A stretch of 64,000 nt of DNA, from the IMG/VR virus record IMGVR_UViG_3300047311_000253, positions 2,373-66,372 of that record; one strand, written 5' to 3'. A model generated the notes under the pieces. It was not told where the DNA came from, made no database searches, and saw nothing but the letters and a program-made list of their open reading frames with translations. Made by a program: the position numbers and the translations under genes. Each line of letters opens with the position of its first letter. The stretch's first letter is position 1. This document shows, piece by piece, positions 1-8,396 of the stretch. This DNA comes from a virus.

Positions 1-450
1 ACGACGGGCGGCAATCAGGTTGTGCCCGGTGCCGCAACCGAATTCGAAGATATGCGAGACATCGCGGAAGTGCTTATCAAATAGCCAGTCCTTGATGATT
101 CCGAACGCCTCATATTCGAAGCGAGAACCCACAGGATCGATCAGCTCGCGACACCACCGCACCACCGGGAATTTGCCGAAGTATTTTGGGACCAGAGAGC
201 CACCAAGGTTCTCCGACCAGCCCCTTTCCCATACCGGCAGACGATGCTCCCCCGACCGGTCGAGATCACGCTCGGCCAGCGCCTCGACCACGACGCGCAG
301 CCATTGGTCGCGCTTAGACGCTGGGATTGGCCGATAGGCGAAATCGAACGCCTTGATGCGGCCCGCGACATAACCTGAAATGTCTTCGTTGAATGCCACG
401 GCAAAGTCCCGCGCGTCGAGACGCAGGGATGTCTTATACTGAATGTTCAT
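1..450 (-). CDS. Class I SAM-dependent methyltransferase (truncated at window edge)
   Basis: Not in the ORF track; manual translation from ATG 450 gives MNIQYKTSLR...IFEFGCGTGHNLIAARR (SAM-binding motif I), open to position 1. Confidence 0.75.
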   Translation of the reverse strand, partial: MNIQYKTSLRLDARDFAVAFNEDISGYVAGRIKAFDFAYRPIPASKRDQWLRVVVEALAERDLDRSGEHRLPVWERGWSENLGGSLVPKYFGKFPVVRWCRELIDPVGSRFEYEAFGIIKDWLFDKHFRDVSHIFEFGCGTGHNLIAARR

Positions 451-660
451 TAGGCGGCAATCCTCACAAGGGTCGGCGCATTGCAGTCCTTGTCCGACAC
501 CATTTTAACCATTTACCTATTTGTATTAGACATTTCTTACATATTTGATATTCATTAGATTTAAGTTTAACTCCACAAAACCAACAGTGCGTAGGATTAT
601 ATGTTGACATTACGCGGCAATCCTCGCAAGTGGCGGCGCATTCCTGTCCTTCTCCGACAC
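448..660. repeat. 53-bp direct repeat (448-500 / 608-660) duplicating the rmlC 3' end
   Basis: 46/53 identical; copies translate as VSEKDRNAPPLARIAA* and VSDKDCNAPTLVRIAA*. Confidence 0.85.
464..610 (-). CDS. Small AT-rich Cys-rich protein (48 aa, moron)
   Basis: ATG overlaps the rmlC stop (TAATG); MSTYNPTHCWFC...CKKC, two CxxC pairs. Confidence 0.5.
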   Translation of the reverse strand: MSTYNPTHCWFCGVKLKSNEYQICKKCLIQIGKWLKWCRTRTAMRRPL

Positions 661-1158
661 GATCGGAGGATGCTTCGGATCGATCGGCCATTCGATGCCG
701 ATGGCGGGATCGTTCCACAGCAATTCGCGGGCAAACTCCGGCCGGAAATAGGTCGTGCACTCATAATGCACGACGGCGCCGCGCGAGCCGCACAGGAACC
801 CGTGGGCGAAGCCAGGCGGAACCCAGATGGCGAGGCGGTTCTTATCATCGATCCGGGCGCCCGCCCATTTTCCGAAGGTTTTAGAGCCGACGCGAAGATC
901 AACCACGGCATCAAAGACCGAACCACGCAAGCAGCGCACCAATTTTCCCTGCGCCCGGAACAGTTGCCAATGAAGCCCGCGCAGCGAATGCGGTACCGAA
1001 TAGCATATGTTCGCCGCCACGAACTCGACGCGACGCCCCACTAGGTCGGACAACTCTTTGACGCGATGGCCCTCGAACCGGCAACCGCGTTCGTCCTCGT
1101 AGGCTTCCGGTTCGAATAGCATCACACCGGGAATGGGGAGACGGGCATACAGTTTCAT
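610..1158 (-). CDS. rmlC: dTDP-4-dehydrorhamnose 3,5-epimerase
   Basis: D.RG, LRGLHWQ, QGKLVRC, VVDLR, VPPGFAHGF and WNDP.IGIEWP motifs. Confidence 0.92.
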   Translation of the reverse strand: MKLYARLPIPGVMLFEPEAYEDERGCRFEGHRVKELSDLVGRRVEFVAANICYSVPHSLRGLHWQLFRAQGKLVRCLRGSVFDAVVDLRVGSKTFGKWAGARIDDKNRLAIWVPPGFAHGFLCGSRGAVVHYECTTYFRPEFARELLWNDPAIGIEWPIDPKHPPIVSEKDRNAPPLARIAA

Positions 1159-2054
1159 GCGGCAGGCACCGCGCTGGCAAAATCCAACTCCTGCCCCGCG
1201 CCTGAATTCCGTTGGTCCTTCATCGCCGCGATCGTCCGGTCAAGGCCGATCTCCAGCGGCGTGAATTCTGGAACGCCAAATTCGTGCGCATATCGGGTCA
1301 AAGCGACAGAGACCTCATCTGGTGCCCCAGATAATGGCAACTGCGTACAAAGCTCCACCTGTGCATTAAGCCGTCGTGCAATCATGTGCGCCAGCTCCAA
1401 GATCGTCACCCTGGATACGCCACCCACATTGTAGACCGCCTGCTTGCCCTCCATGAGAATGTTGAGCAGCATCGTCACTGCATCCTCGACATAGCAATAG
1501 GTGCGGATGGCCGATCCCTGATCGCGAAGCTGGATCACGCCCGTCGTCATCGCCTGGCGAATGAAGTCGAACATGACCCGCTTATCGTCCCATCGCGCCG
1601 GGCCATAGACCAGCGACACGCGGGCGATCTTGGCATCGACACCCTTCGCACGCAGCGCATGGACGATTGCCTCCCCGCAGCGCTTCGCCTCGATGTAGCA
1701 GGCGCGGGGATGGTCGGGTCGCGTGGTGCCGATGTCAAGTTCGGTGTGCGGGATGCGCTTGCTGCCGCTGTAGATTTCGGAGGAGGAAAGAAAGATTGCC
1801 TTCCCGCCGCGCTTCAGATTGCCGATTGCGCGATTGAGGCCGGTCGTTGCGACTTCAACCGTTGCGACAGGCTGTGCCATAAACCGCTCCGGTTGCCCAT
1901 ACCCGGCTGCGTGGACAACATAATCCACCATTGGATAATTCTGCTTGGGAACGCCACGCTTCGGTTCGAATGTTGCGATTTCATGTTTAAGCAGACGCCT
2001 CACCAGCGCCGACCCGATCAGTCCTGTTGCCCCTGTAACGATCGCTGTCCTCAT
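1155..2054 (-). CDS. NAD-dependent epimerase/dehydratase (UDP-glucuronate decarboxylase-like SDR)
   Basis: TGATGLIG Rossmann motif, SSSEIY, CYIEAKR (YxxxK), RTYCYVED. Confidence 0.88.
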   Translation of the reverse strand: MRTAIVTGATGLIGSALVRRLLKHEIATFEPKRGVPKQNYPMVDYVVHAAGYGQPERFMAQPVATVEVATTGLNRAIGNLKRGGKAIFLSSSEIYSGSKRIPHTELDIGTTRPDHPRACYIEAKRCGEAIVHALRAKGVDAKIARVSLVYGPARWDDKRVMFDFIRQAMTTGVIQLRDQGSAIRTYCYVEDAVTMLLNILMEGKQAVYNVGGVSRVTILELAHMIARRLNAQVELCTQLPLSGAPDEVSVALTRYAHEFGVPEFTPLEIGLDRTIAAMKDQRNSGAGQELDFASAVPAA

Positions 2055-2359
2055 GGTTTTCGCAGCCTCATGCTTTTGCGTTCAATTAGCGTCCATCCAT
2101 AGCGCTGGGATACAGCCTTGACCCACTGACGAGCCGCCTTGAAATTAACCGGGCTCACATTCTCGTAATAACTCAGATTTATAGATAGCCCTCCGTCATC
2201 CATAACGTACACCGCTGTGCCCCACTTCCGGCGCCTAAGTTCATACCCAACAAATGGTCTGGACAGATCAAGGCCAAAGACATCCGCCACCACCTGCAGC
2301 GATGCAGGTGTAACGAACCGATCACGACGGCGAACTTTTTCAAGATGATGGACTGTCAC
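2051..2359 (-). CDS. Hypothetical protein (inserted moron)
   Basis: Stop overlaps the next ATG; ends RLRKP like the upstream gene's RLRK. Confidence 0.5.
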   Translation of the reverse strand: MTVHHLEKVRRRDRFVTPASLQVVADVFGLDLSRPFVGYELRRRKWGTAVYVMDDGGLSINLSYYENVSPVNFKAARQWVKAVSQRYGWTLIERKSMRLRKP

Positions 2360-2840
2360 TCGTTAATTTCCGCAGCCTCACATACCCAAGATCATTCCAC
2401 GTCACACTCGTACAGATCGCGGCATTGACTTCCTCGACATCCTGCGGCGCAAATACCATCATTCCCGGCACTTCCGCCATCAACTTCAAGTCTTCCGGGC
2501 ACCGATGCGTCGGCCCCAGCGTCGGATAGTCATTATCTGCGCCCACCGTGACGAACAGGCCCGGCAGCTCTTGCGCCCCGAAATCGATGTAAATTTGCTC
2601 ATACGCCCGCCGCACCAGGAACGGCGCGATCGAATGAACAATCGGATAGAACCCTTCCTTGGCCAACCCTGCCGCCATCCCCACCATGGTCTGTTCGGCG
2701 GTGCCGAGATTGTAGCAGCGATCTGGATGTCTCTTGAACGAGTCGCGGAAGGCATGAACACCTATATCCCCAAGCAAGAGGACAATGCGATCATCATCCG
2801 CCAGAAGCTTTTGGACCGAGATGGTAAATTGCTTGCGCAT
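2340..2840 (-). CDS. Transketolase-like subunit, pyrimidine-binding domain
   Basis: LLGDIG, NLGTAEQTMVGMAAGLA, RAYEQI, GPTH, YVRL; no C-terminal domain. Confidence 0.88.
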   Translation of the reverse strand: MRKQFTISVQKLLADDDRIVLLLGDIGVHAFRDSFKRHPDRCYNLGTAEQTMVGMAAGLAKEGFYPIVHSIAPFLVRRAYEQIYIDFGAQELPGLFVTVGADNDYPTLGPTHRCPEDLKLMAEVPGMMVFAPQDVEEVNAAICTSVTWNDLGYVRLRKLTSDSPSS

Positions 2841-3417
2841 CGTTTTCTACCTTCACCGCATAAAATGTCTCGCCGAGACGGCGCACACCAGGAAATCGTT
2901 CCGTCACTGCCACCCTCGCGCTTTCGAGATACGGATAATCATCAAACACCATTGCGCCGCCTGCTACCATGCGCGGCCATAAACGATCGATGCAAGCACA
3001 ATATGTCTCATACTGATCGCAATCCACATGAACAAAGGCGATATTTTGAAGATCATCAGGCAGAGTCGAGGGAAACATTCCAACATGGAATTGCGCCCGC
3101 GGGATCGACGCTTTCACCCGCTCAAGCGAGACATCCGCAAAATCCCCGATGCGGTGCCTGTCGATATCGCACGCCAGGGGGATGCCTGTGAAACTGTCGA
3201 ACAGATGCAGTTCGCGGCTCTGATGCTCCGCAATCTGCCAAAGCACGAAAGCCGAGCCACCGCGAAACACACCGACTTCGACGAAGCATCCGGCTGGCGT
3301 CATTGCCGCAACCGCTGCCATCGACGCCAACCGGTGCGGCAGGATAACGGATGGCGGTGGCGCGATCTCAGCCAAGGTATAGGTGACGGTTTTGCGGTAA
3401 TCGGAGAGGTCACGCAT
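2794..3417 (-). CDS. TylF/MycF/NovP-family sugar O-methyltransferase
   Basis: VEVGVFRGGS, FDSFTG, AFVHVDCDQYE, GG..VFDDY motifs. Confidence 0.85.
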   Translation of the reverse strand: MRDLSDYRKTVTYTLAEIAPPPSVILPHRLASMAAVAAMTPAGCFVEVGVFRGGSAFVLWQIAEHQSRELHLFDSFTGIPLACDIDRHRIGDFADVSLERVKASIPRAQFHVGMFPSTLPDDLQNIAFVHVDCDQYETYCACIDRLWPRMVAGGAMVFDDYPYLESARVAVTERFPGVRRLGETFYAVKVENDAQAIYHLGPKASGG

Positions 3418-4183
3418 CGACCATCTCCCCCAGCAATTCCGGCATTTCCGCCGCAGTCGGTGCCCGATGGTGCCACGCCCGCGGATCGCGCTCCATCACG
3501 GGAACGCCGCGGCCCTTGATGGTTTGCGCAACGATGCAGTTCGGCGATGTCCACCGCTGCGCCCGCGCAGCTTGCTCGATATCATGGTGATTATGCCCGC
3601 AGATGTCATCTACATGCCACTCGAATGCTTCGAACTTGCGCCCGAGCCCGCCCATGTTAACGATGTCATCCCCGGAGTGATTGTGGTCGATGATGACCGT
3701 CAAATTGTTCAATCGATGTTGCGCGGCAAGCGCTGCCGACTCCCACGTCGTTCCTTCAAGCGCTTCCTGATCTCCGATCAGGCAGAACACCCGCGCATTG
3801 GATTTCCGTATCTTGAGCCCCAGCGCCATCCCCACCGCCATCGGCAGGCCATGCCCCAGCGATCCCGTGGTCGCCTCCACCCCCGGCACTTTCAGGCAGT
3901 CCGGATGCCCGTCCAATTCAAAACCAGGCACACAAAACCGATCGAGCCACGCCTTGGAAAAGAAGCCCTTCTCGGCAAGCACGGCATAGAGCGCGAGGCA
4001 GCCGTGGCCCTTGCTGAGGATAAACCGATCGCGGATCGGATTATTCGGCGCCCGCGGCGTATATGTCAGCACCCGGTCATACAGCACCCAGACAATATCC
4101 AGGATACTCAGAGCCGAGGGGATGTGCCCCTCGCCGGCATGATGGGCGGTCTCGATGATAGTGCGGCGCAGGGCTTCGATCAT
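3410..4183 (-). CDS. Transketolase-like subunit, TPP-binding N-terminal domain
   Basis: GHIPSALS, DRFILSKGH, TGSLGHGL, GD.E..EG..WE, TIKGRG, WHH. Confidence 0.9.
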   Translation of the reverse strand: MIEALRRTIIETAHHAGEGHIPSALSILDIVWVLYDRVLTYTPRAPNNPIRDRFILSKGHGCLALYAVLAEKGFFSKAWLDRFCVPGFELDGHPDCLKVPGVEATTGSLGHGLPMAVGMALGLKIRKSNARVFCLIGDQEALEGTTWESAALAAQHRLNNLTVIIDHNHSGDDIVNMGGLGRKFEAFEWHVDDICGHNHHDIEQAARAQRWTSPNCIVAQTIKGRGVPVMERDPRAWHHRAPTAAEMPELLGEMVDA

Positions 4184-4392
4184 TCTGCCTCCTCAAAATT
4201 ATCCAGAAAATACTGCCTCGCCACCAACCACTGATCCTCGTAATTTTTTGGGTTGCGAGCTATCATATCGCCCGTTTTCGGCGATCCGCTTTTGCGGTCA
4301 GGTTCCGAAATAGAGACCCCAATCAAAGCTTCGCCGTCAACATAGGGACGCAGTTCGGCAATCTGCTTTCGACGGTATTGCTTAAAGGTCAT
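4180..4392 (-). CDS. Conserved-type phage hypothetical protein
   Basis: ATGA-coupled at both ends; GDMIARNPKN..DQWLV motif. Confidence 0.6.
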   Translation of the reverse strand: MTFKQYRRKQIAELRPYVDGEALIGVSISEPDRKSGSPKTGDMIARNPKNYEDQWLVARQYFLDNFEEAE

Positions 4393-5159
4393 TCCGCCGC
4401 CTCCGACTGCAGCACTTCCTCAGCCGTCGACAACTCATTCGCGATGTACGACTGCTCGTTGCTTTCCTCGCTCACCAGATTGATTCGCCGCGGCTGCGCC
4501 CCCAACCAATTCGCCACCGAGTTCGTGAATTCGACCGTACCGATATGGGCCGTCACGATGTCCGGATCGATCCAAACCTCTCCCCCAAGTTTACGCCAGC
4601 GCCGGCAGAACGTCACGTCCTCGCCCCACCAATGATGGTTCTCAATCTCGTATTCGAACAGCGCGATTGATTTTCCCCTCTTGACATTTGGATTGACGAA
4701 CCATCTATGACGATAACGATCATTCATCTGATATATGCACTGCCGCGTCATCCGGATGATTCCGGTTCCCACGCTCTGCACTTCCATTAGCCCATTGGGC
4801 GCACGCTGCATCGGCGTGTTGTGCAACCAGCGCACCGGCCATTTCAGCGGCTCTGTCCTCGACCTGCACGGCGCCGCCACCACATCGACATCATGATCAA
4901 GCAACCGCAAAAAATCCGCAGACGAGCAGTAATTGTCCGCGTCGCACATAACCAGATCGGTCGCGGTGCTCTCTAGAAACAGAGAAACGGCCGTATTGCG
5001 TGCGTGTGGAATCATGGCGTCGCCGATGATTTCCATAATCGCAGAACCCCATCCGCGCTTCGCGACCTCGTTTCCGGCTGCAACCACGGCATTCTTGACC
5101 GCGCAATGCACTTCGCCGGTATAGGCAAAGATCGCAAATTGAACGCTTCGCTCCGACAT
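4389..5159 (-). CDS. GT-A fold (GT2-like) glycosyltransferase
   Basis: ARN, DxD (DAD), VGTG..RM, GEDV.FCRRW...GG.VW.DP. Confidence 0.75.
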   Translation of the reverse strand: MSERSVQFAIFAYTGEVHCAVKNAVVAAGNEVAKRGWGSAIMEIIGDAMIPHARNTAVSLFLESTATDLVMCDADNYCSSADFLRLLDHDVDVVAAPCRSRTEPLKWPVRWLHNTPMQRAPNGLMEVQSVGTGIIRMTRQCIYQMNDRYRHRWFVNPNVKRGKSIALFEYEIENHHWWGEDVTFCRRWRKLGGEVWIDPDIVTAHIGTVEFTNSVANWLGAQPRRINLVSEESNEQSYIANELSTAEEVLQSEAAE

Positions 5160-5182
5160 AATTCCTCCCGCTTGGATGAACA

Positions 5183-5206
5183 GGGCGGCACCAGCCGGTG
5201 CCGCCC
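5183..5206 (-). terminator. GC-rich hairpin after the head genes (possible terminator/attenuator)
   Basis: 10-bp inverted repeat gggcggcacc / ggtgccgccc; weak U tract. Confidence 0.4.
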
Positions 5207-5213
5207 CTTCGTG

Positions 5214-5624
5214 TTACGCCTTGAGAATCAACACTTGGAACTGCAGCGTTCCGGACAGCGGAAGGCCGGCCGATACCGTTGCAGCCGCATTGTAGACGCG
5301 AACGATTACGTTGCCCGAGCCAGCGGTGGCGTCCATGATAGTGGGACCGCCGGACGTGTTCGTGCCACCCTTGGTGAGCGTTGCAAACACGATGTCTCCG
5401 ATCGTGACCTGCGTATTGGTGATCGTGCAGGTGTAGACCGTCTGGCAGGGGGTAGTGATCGATTCCGTCGTGACAATCAGAACCTTTGTGGTGCTGGTGG
5501 TCACAACGCCGTTTGCGAGGGTGGAAAGCGTCGACGTTACCGTCGACGAGGACGTGGCGATATTTCCTTGGGCGGCCACATTGCCATCGATCGAGAAATT
5601 CGTTGCCATGGTTATGTGCTCCAT
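5214..5624 (-). CDS. Putative virion beta-rich structural protein
   Basis: Thr/Val-rich, directly downstream of capsid genes; start may be 5609. Confidence 0.55.
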   Translation of the reverse strand: MEHITMATNFSIDGNVAAQGNIATSSSTVTSTLSTLANGVVTTSTTKVLIVTTESITTPCQTVYTCTITNTQVTIGDIVFATLTKGGTNTSGGPTIMDATAGSGNVIVRVYNAAATVSAGLPLSGTLQFQVLILKA

Positions 5625-6040
5625 CCGCCTTCGAATTCGATCACGATGACCGCTTGCCCAGTGGTTGCCGCGCCGCCGGTCTGTGTGTACATCACGAATA
5701 CATCCACATCAGCAGCGGCGGTGAGGGAGCGACCCCAGCCGCGCGTGACAACAGTCACGCCGGTTGCAGCCTCGTTCACATCGCCTGCGTTGACGATGTT
5801 GTTGTACGAGGTCGCATTGGTCCCGACCGTGAGGACGTTCGTCGTGCCCGCATTGAATGCGGTCACGATTTCCACCCAAACCCCAAGGATGAACGCCCCT
5901 TGCGGAAGCGCATCGGGACCGAACACGACGCCGGTTCCAATTCCGACATCGTTCCAGTTCACCGTCTTGCGCATGGTGTTAGATACGTTACGCGGGTCCT
6001 GTCGAGCAGACAGGCCACGCAGGTCAACATTCGTTGCCAT
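5612..6040 (-). CDS. Putative capsid decoration/cement protein
   Basis: Follows the capsid gene with strong RBS; LP.GA.I...V....AFNAGT...L.VG beta-sandwich pattern. Confidence 0.6.
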   Translation of the reverse strand: MATNVDLRGLSARQDPRNVSNTMRKTVNWNDVGIGTGVVFGPDALPQGAFILGVWVEIVTAFNAGTTNVLTVGTNATSYNNIVNAGDVNEAATGVTVVTRGWGRSLTAAADVDVFVMYTQTGGAATTGQAVIVIEFEGGWST

Positions 6041-6055
6041 GTGTGCTGTCTCCTC

Positions 6056-8260
6056 TTAGGTGTGAGCTGCGGCATAGGTCGACATGACCACGCAGCCATA
6101 ATCGGAACCGTTGAAGCGGGTTTTCTTCAACCCCCAGATGCTGAGGGCGGATACTTCCAACCTCCGCTTGTGGTCAAAGAGTTCCTCATTCCAGAGATAC
6201 TTTCCGCCCGCATGCTTCATGCCATAGCCGACACAAGCCGCTTGCGCGCCGAGCAACACCGCCCGGCGAACCGTCGTGATTGCCGCGGCCGTGGACGAAT
6301 TAACGCCCGTGGTCACGTCATAGGACGACTTGAGGATGACGGAGTTGTATTCGCCTATCGCTCCATCGTAGAGCGGCGAGTTTTTACTGCCGTCGCCGGT
6401 CATCGCGGCCTTGGTGATATCGAGCCACTGGCCGGTGCTGGTGTTAGTTCTCAGGTCCGTGACCTGATATGGGTGTAAATAGGCGCCTTGGGTTCATTAT
6501 AGTTCGCTAAACTATAACCGTTTCCTTCCCATAAAAGGAAACCGCTTACATTTACATGTAAGAGCAGACTATATCACCACCCCAATTCTCGGGGGCCTCG
6601 CGCTTCGCGTCGCTTGACGCTACGAGCTTTCGCTCTAGTCGTTGAACCTTCTGTGATTGATGCGGACAGATACCACCATTAGCATGCTTGGCCCAATTAC
6701 AATTCCGACATAGAATTTGGAAATTGCTTGGGTACCCATTATCGACCAGCCATTTATAAAGACGGGTTGTACCAATTACCTTTCGGTGTTTATTCCCATC
6801 GTTATTGACGTGGTCAATGGTCAGGAAGATACGTTCTCTCTCACCACAACATGCACATTGTCGCCCATAATGATCGAATACCATATCTCTTGATTTTTGA
6901 TTGTAAGCCACGCTCCACCTATTGTGCTTGTCTTTTACTCCCTGAGGCCATTTGGAATACGGCCTTGCCATATAGCGATCGTGACTGTTTTTTAGATAGC
7001 ATTCGATGCATTCGAACCGAGGCCCTATTTTTCCGCTTCGTTTCTTATAAACGTAAAAACAGTCCTCTGACTTGCTTTGTCCGCATTTCTTACACTGCCT
7101 CATACGCCCTCCTTTGGTTAAGAGCGCAGTGTATCACAGCTTGGCTGCTGATTGTCCTGCGTGATTCACTTTGTCGCAGGATGTTCCAGCAATTCACGAG
7201 GTTATTCGATGCACATTACTGCGCAAAGACGCCTAATTGACGTACCGGCCTTGTTGAACCGCCCGGTAGTAATCGCCGATGTCCGACTTACCCATGGCAT
7301 TGATCGGGCGCACGAGCGGAGTGGCGGTGATCGCCATTTCCTTCGCTTTGTCGATCATGCCGAGGGTGAACGTATTGGACGAAGTAAGCGACTCGTCGGC
7401 GCTTAGAGAGCCCTGCCACAGGATGCGGCTGGAGGATGGCGCAGTCGGCGCCTGGAGGCCGGTATACTTGGTGCGGGCCTCGTTGTTGTTGCCGCAGACC
7501 TGATTAAAAAAACTTACAGAAAGACGCTTCGCGTACCAGTCTGCAAGGCCGTCTCGTGCTTCGGCCCGCAGGTCGAAGGGAACACGCTGCTGGTCGATGG
7601 TGCGGTCGGACTTGACGCCGGCCACACCCATCAACTCGTTGATGGTAAGTTGCCAGATGTTCACGACGGATCGCTGGGCCGTCGCCGTTCTTTCGAACTG
7701 CCCCACCTCGCGGCAGGGAGCGGACTATATCATCACCTCTTGCGAGGGCGGGGGGCTTCGGCCCGCTTGGGCCTACTTCCTTTCGGAATAGTCTCTACAC
7801 CTTCCGCGACACAACGCAGGGAATCCCATAGATCGGTATATTTGATCGTTTCGACCAACAATGCTTCCGACCACAGTCTCTTGCGGGATAACTGCTTTAC
7901 TCGCGGCTTGGCTCGGTATTGTCTCTTTACAGAGAGATTCACCGAATTCACCCCGTTTGCTATGGCGGCTTACGCTGCCAAAGGGACCAATAGTCGATCC
8001 GTATAGATCGTCAGACTCTCGCCGTTACCTTCGGCGAGTTCGTTTTCGGTGAACCCGTCTTGGGTCATTTGGAGACGCAGGCCGAACGTGACCTGGTCGC
8101 CTTTACCCTTTTCGAGTTCCTCTTTCTTGTGAATGATGCTGCCTGCGTCGGTGCCAATCAAAGGCGCGATTTCGGTGTACTTAAGCGCTTCGACCGAGAG
8201 TTCCTTTGACCACAACTTCACAGCATATGCGTCATTCAAAGCGAAGGATGTAGTCGCCAT
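6056..8260 (-). CDS. Major capsid protein, N4-gp56 family; join(8260-7997, 7652-7240, 6485-6056), 368 aa
   Basis: Exons join in frame (264+413+430=1107 nt): ESLTIYTD|QLTINEL and QGRYV|AYLHPYQVTDLR; motifs VKLWS, GDQVTF.L, R..LLGAQA. Confidence 0.9.
6486..7239 (-). mobile_element. Group I intron 2 (754 nt) with homing endonuclease ORF
   Basis: Exon ends in U, intron ends in G; P1 ACGU/GCGU; UAGGCG can pair with 3' exon CGCCUA; P GAAUUGCUGGAA (7184-7195), Q AAUCAGCAG, R GUUCAACGACUA (6636-6647), S GAUAUAGUCUG (6565-6575). Confidence 0.9.
6552..7103 (-). CDS. Intron-encoded HNH homing endonuclease
   Basis: N-terminal CxxC..CxxC; CACCG...LTIDH.NN...ILCRNCN; AAGGAGG RBS; located in the P6 loop, 3' end overlaps the intron core. 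Confidence 0.85.
   Translation of the reverse strand: MRQCKKCGQSKSEDCFYVYKKRSGKIGPRFECIECYLKNSHDRYMARPYSKWPQGVKDKHNRWSVAYNQKSRDMVFDHYGRQCACCGERERIFLTIDHVNNDGNKHRKVIGTTRLYKWLVDNGYPSNFQILCRNCNWAKHANGGICPHQSQKVQRLERKLVASSDAKREAPENWGGDIVCSYM
7653..7996 (-). ncRNA. Group I intron 1 (344 nt, no endonuclease)
   Basis: Exon GGAU pairs with IGS GUCC (U.G wobble); UUG can pair with 3' exon CAA; P GAAUUCGGUGAA (7938-7949), Q AAUACCGAG, R GUAGAGACUA (7789-7798), S GAUAUAGUCC (7722-7731); terminal G. Confidence 0.9.
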
Positions 8261-8311
8261 GATGATTCCTGCTTGTGAGATTTTGCGGATGAACTGCGGG
8301 ATACGTGCGCA

Positions 8312-8396
8312 GACACGGATCGGTCGATGACGCTCACCGAAAGGCGGAACCCTGCCCGTAGGGACACCGGATCGGCGATACGCTCACCGAAAGGCG
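8312..8396 (-). repeat. Tandem ~35-nt structured repeat in the capsid gene leader
   Basis: 8312-8346 and 8363-8396 share the identical 17-mer acgctcaccgaaaggcg. Confidence 0.75.

Noticed and set aside
7733-7951. 72-aa ORF inside intron 1 as a real gene
   Set aside because: Starts within the ribozyme core with no clear RBS; only the 17-codon capsid-like segment is notable
6056-8260. Capsid gene as a pseudogene, frameshift or sequencing error
   Set aside because: The gaps are discrete inserts with complete group I intron hallmarks, and removing them restores the frame exactly
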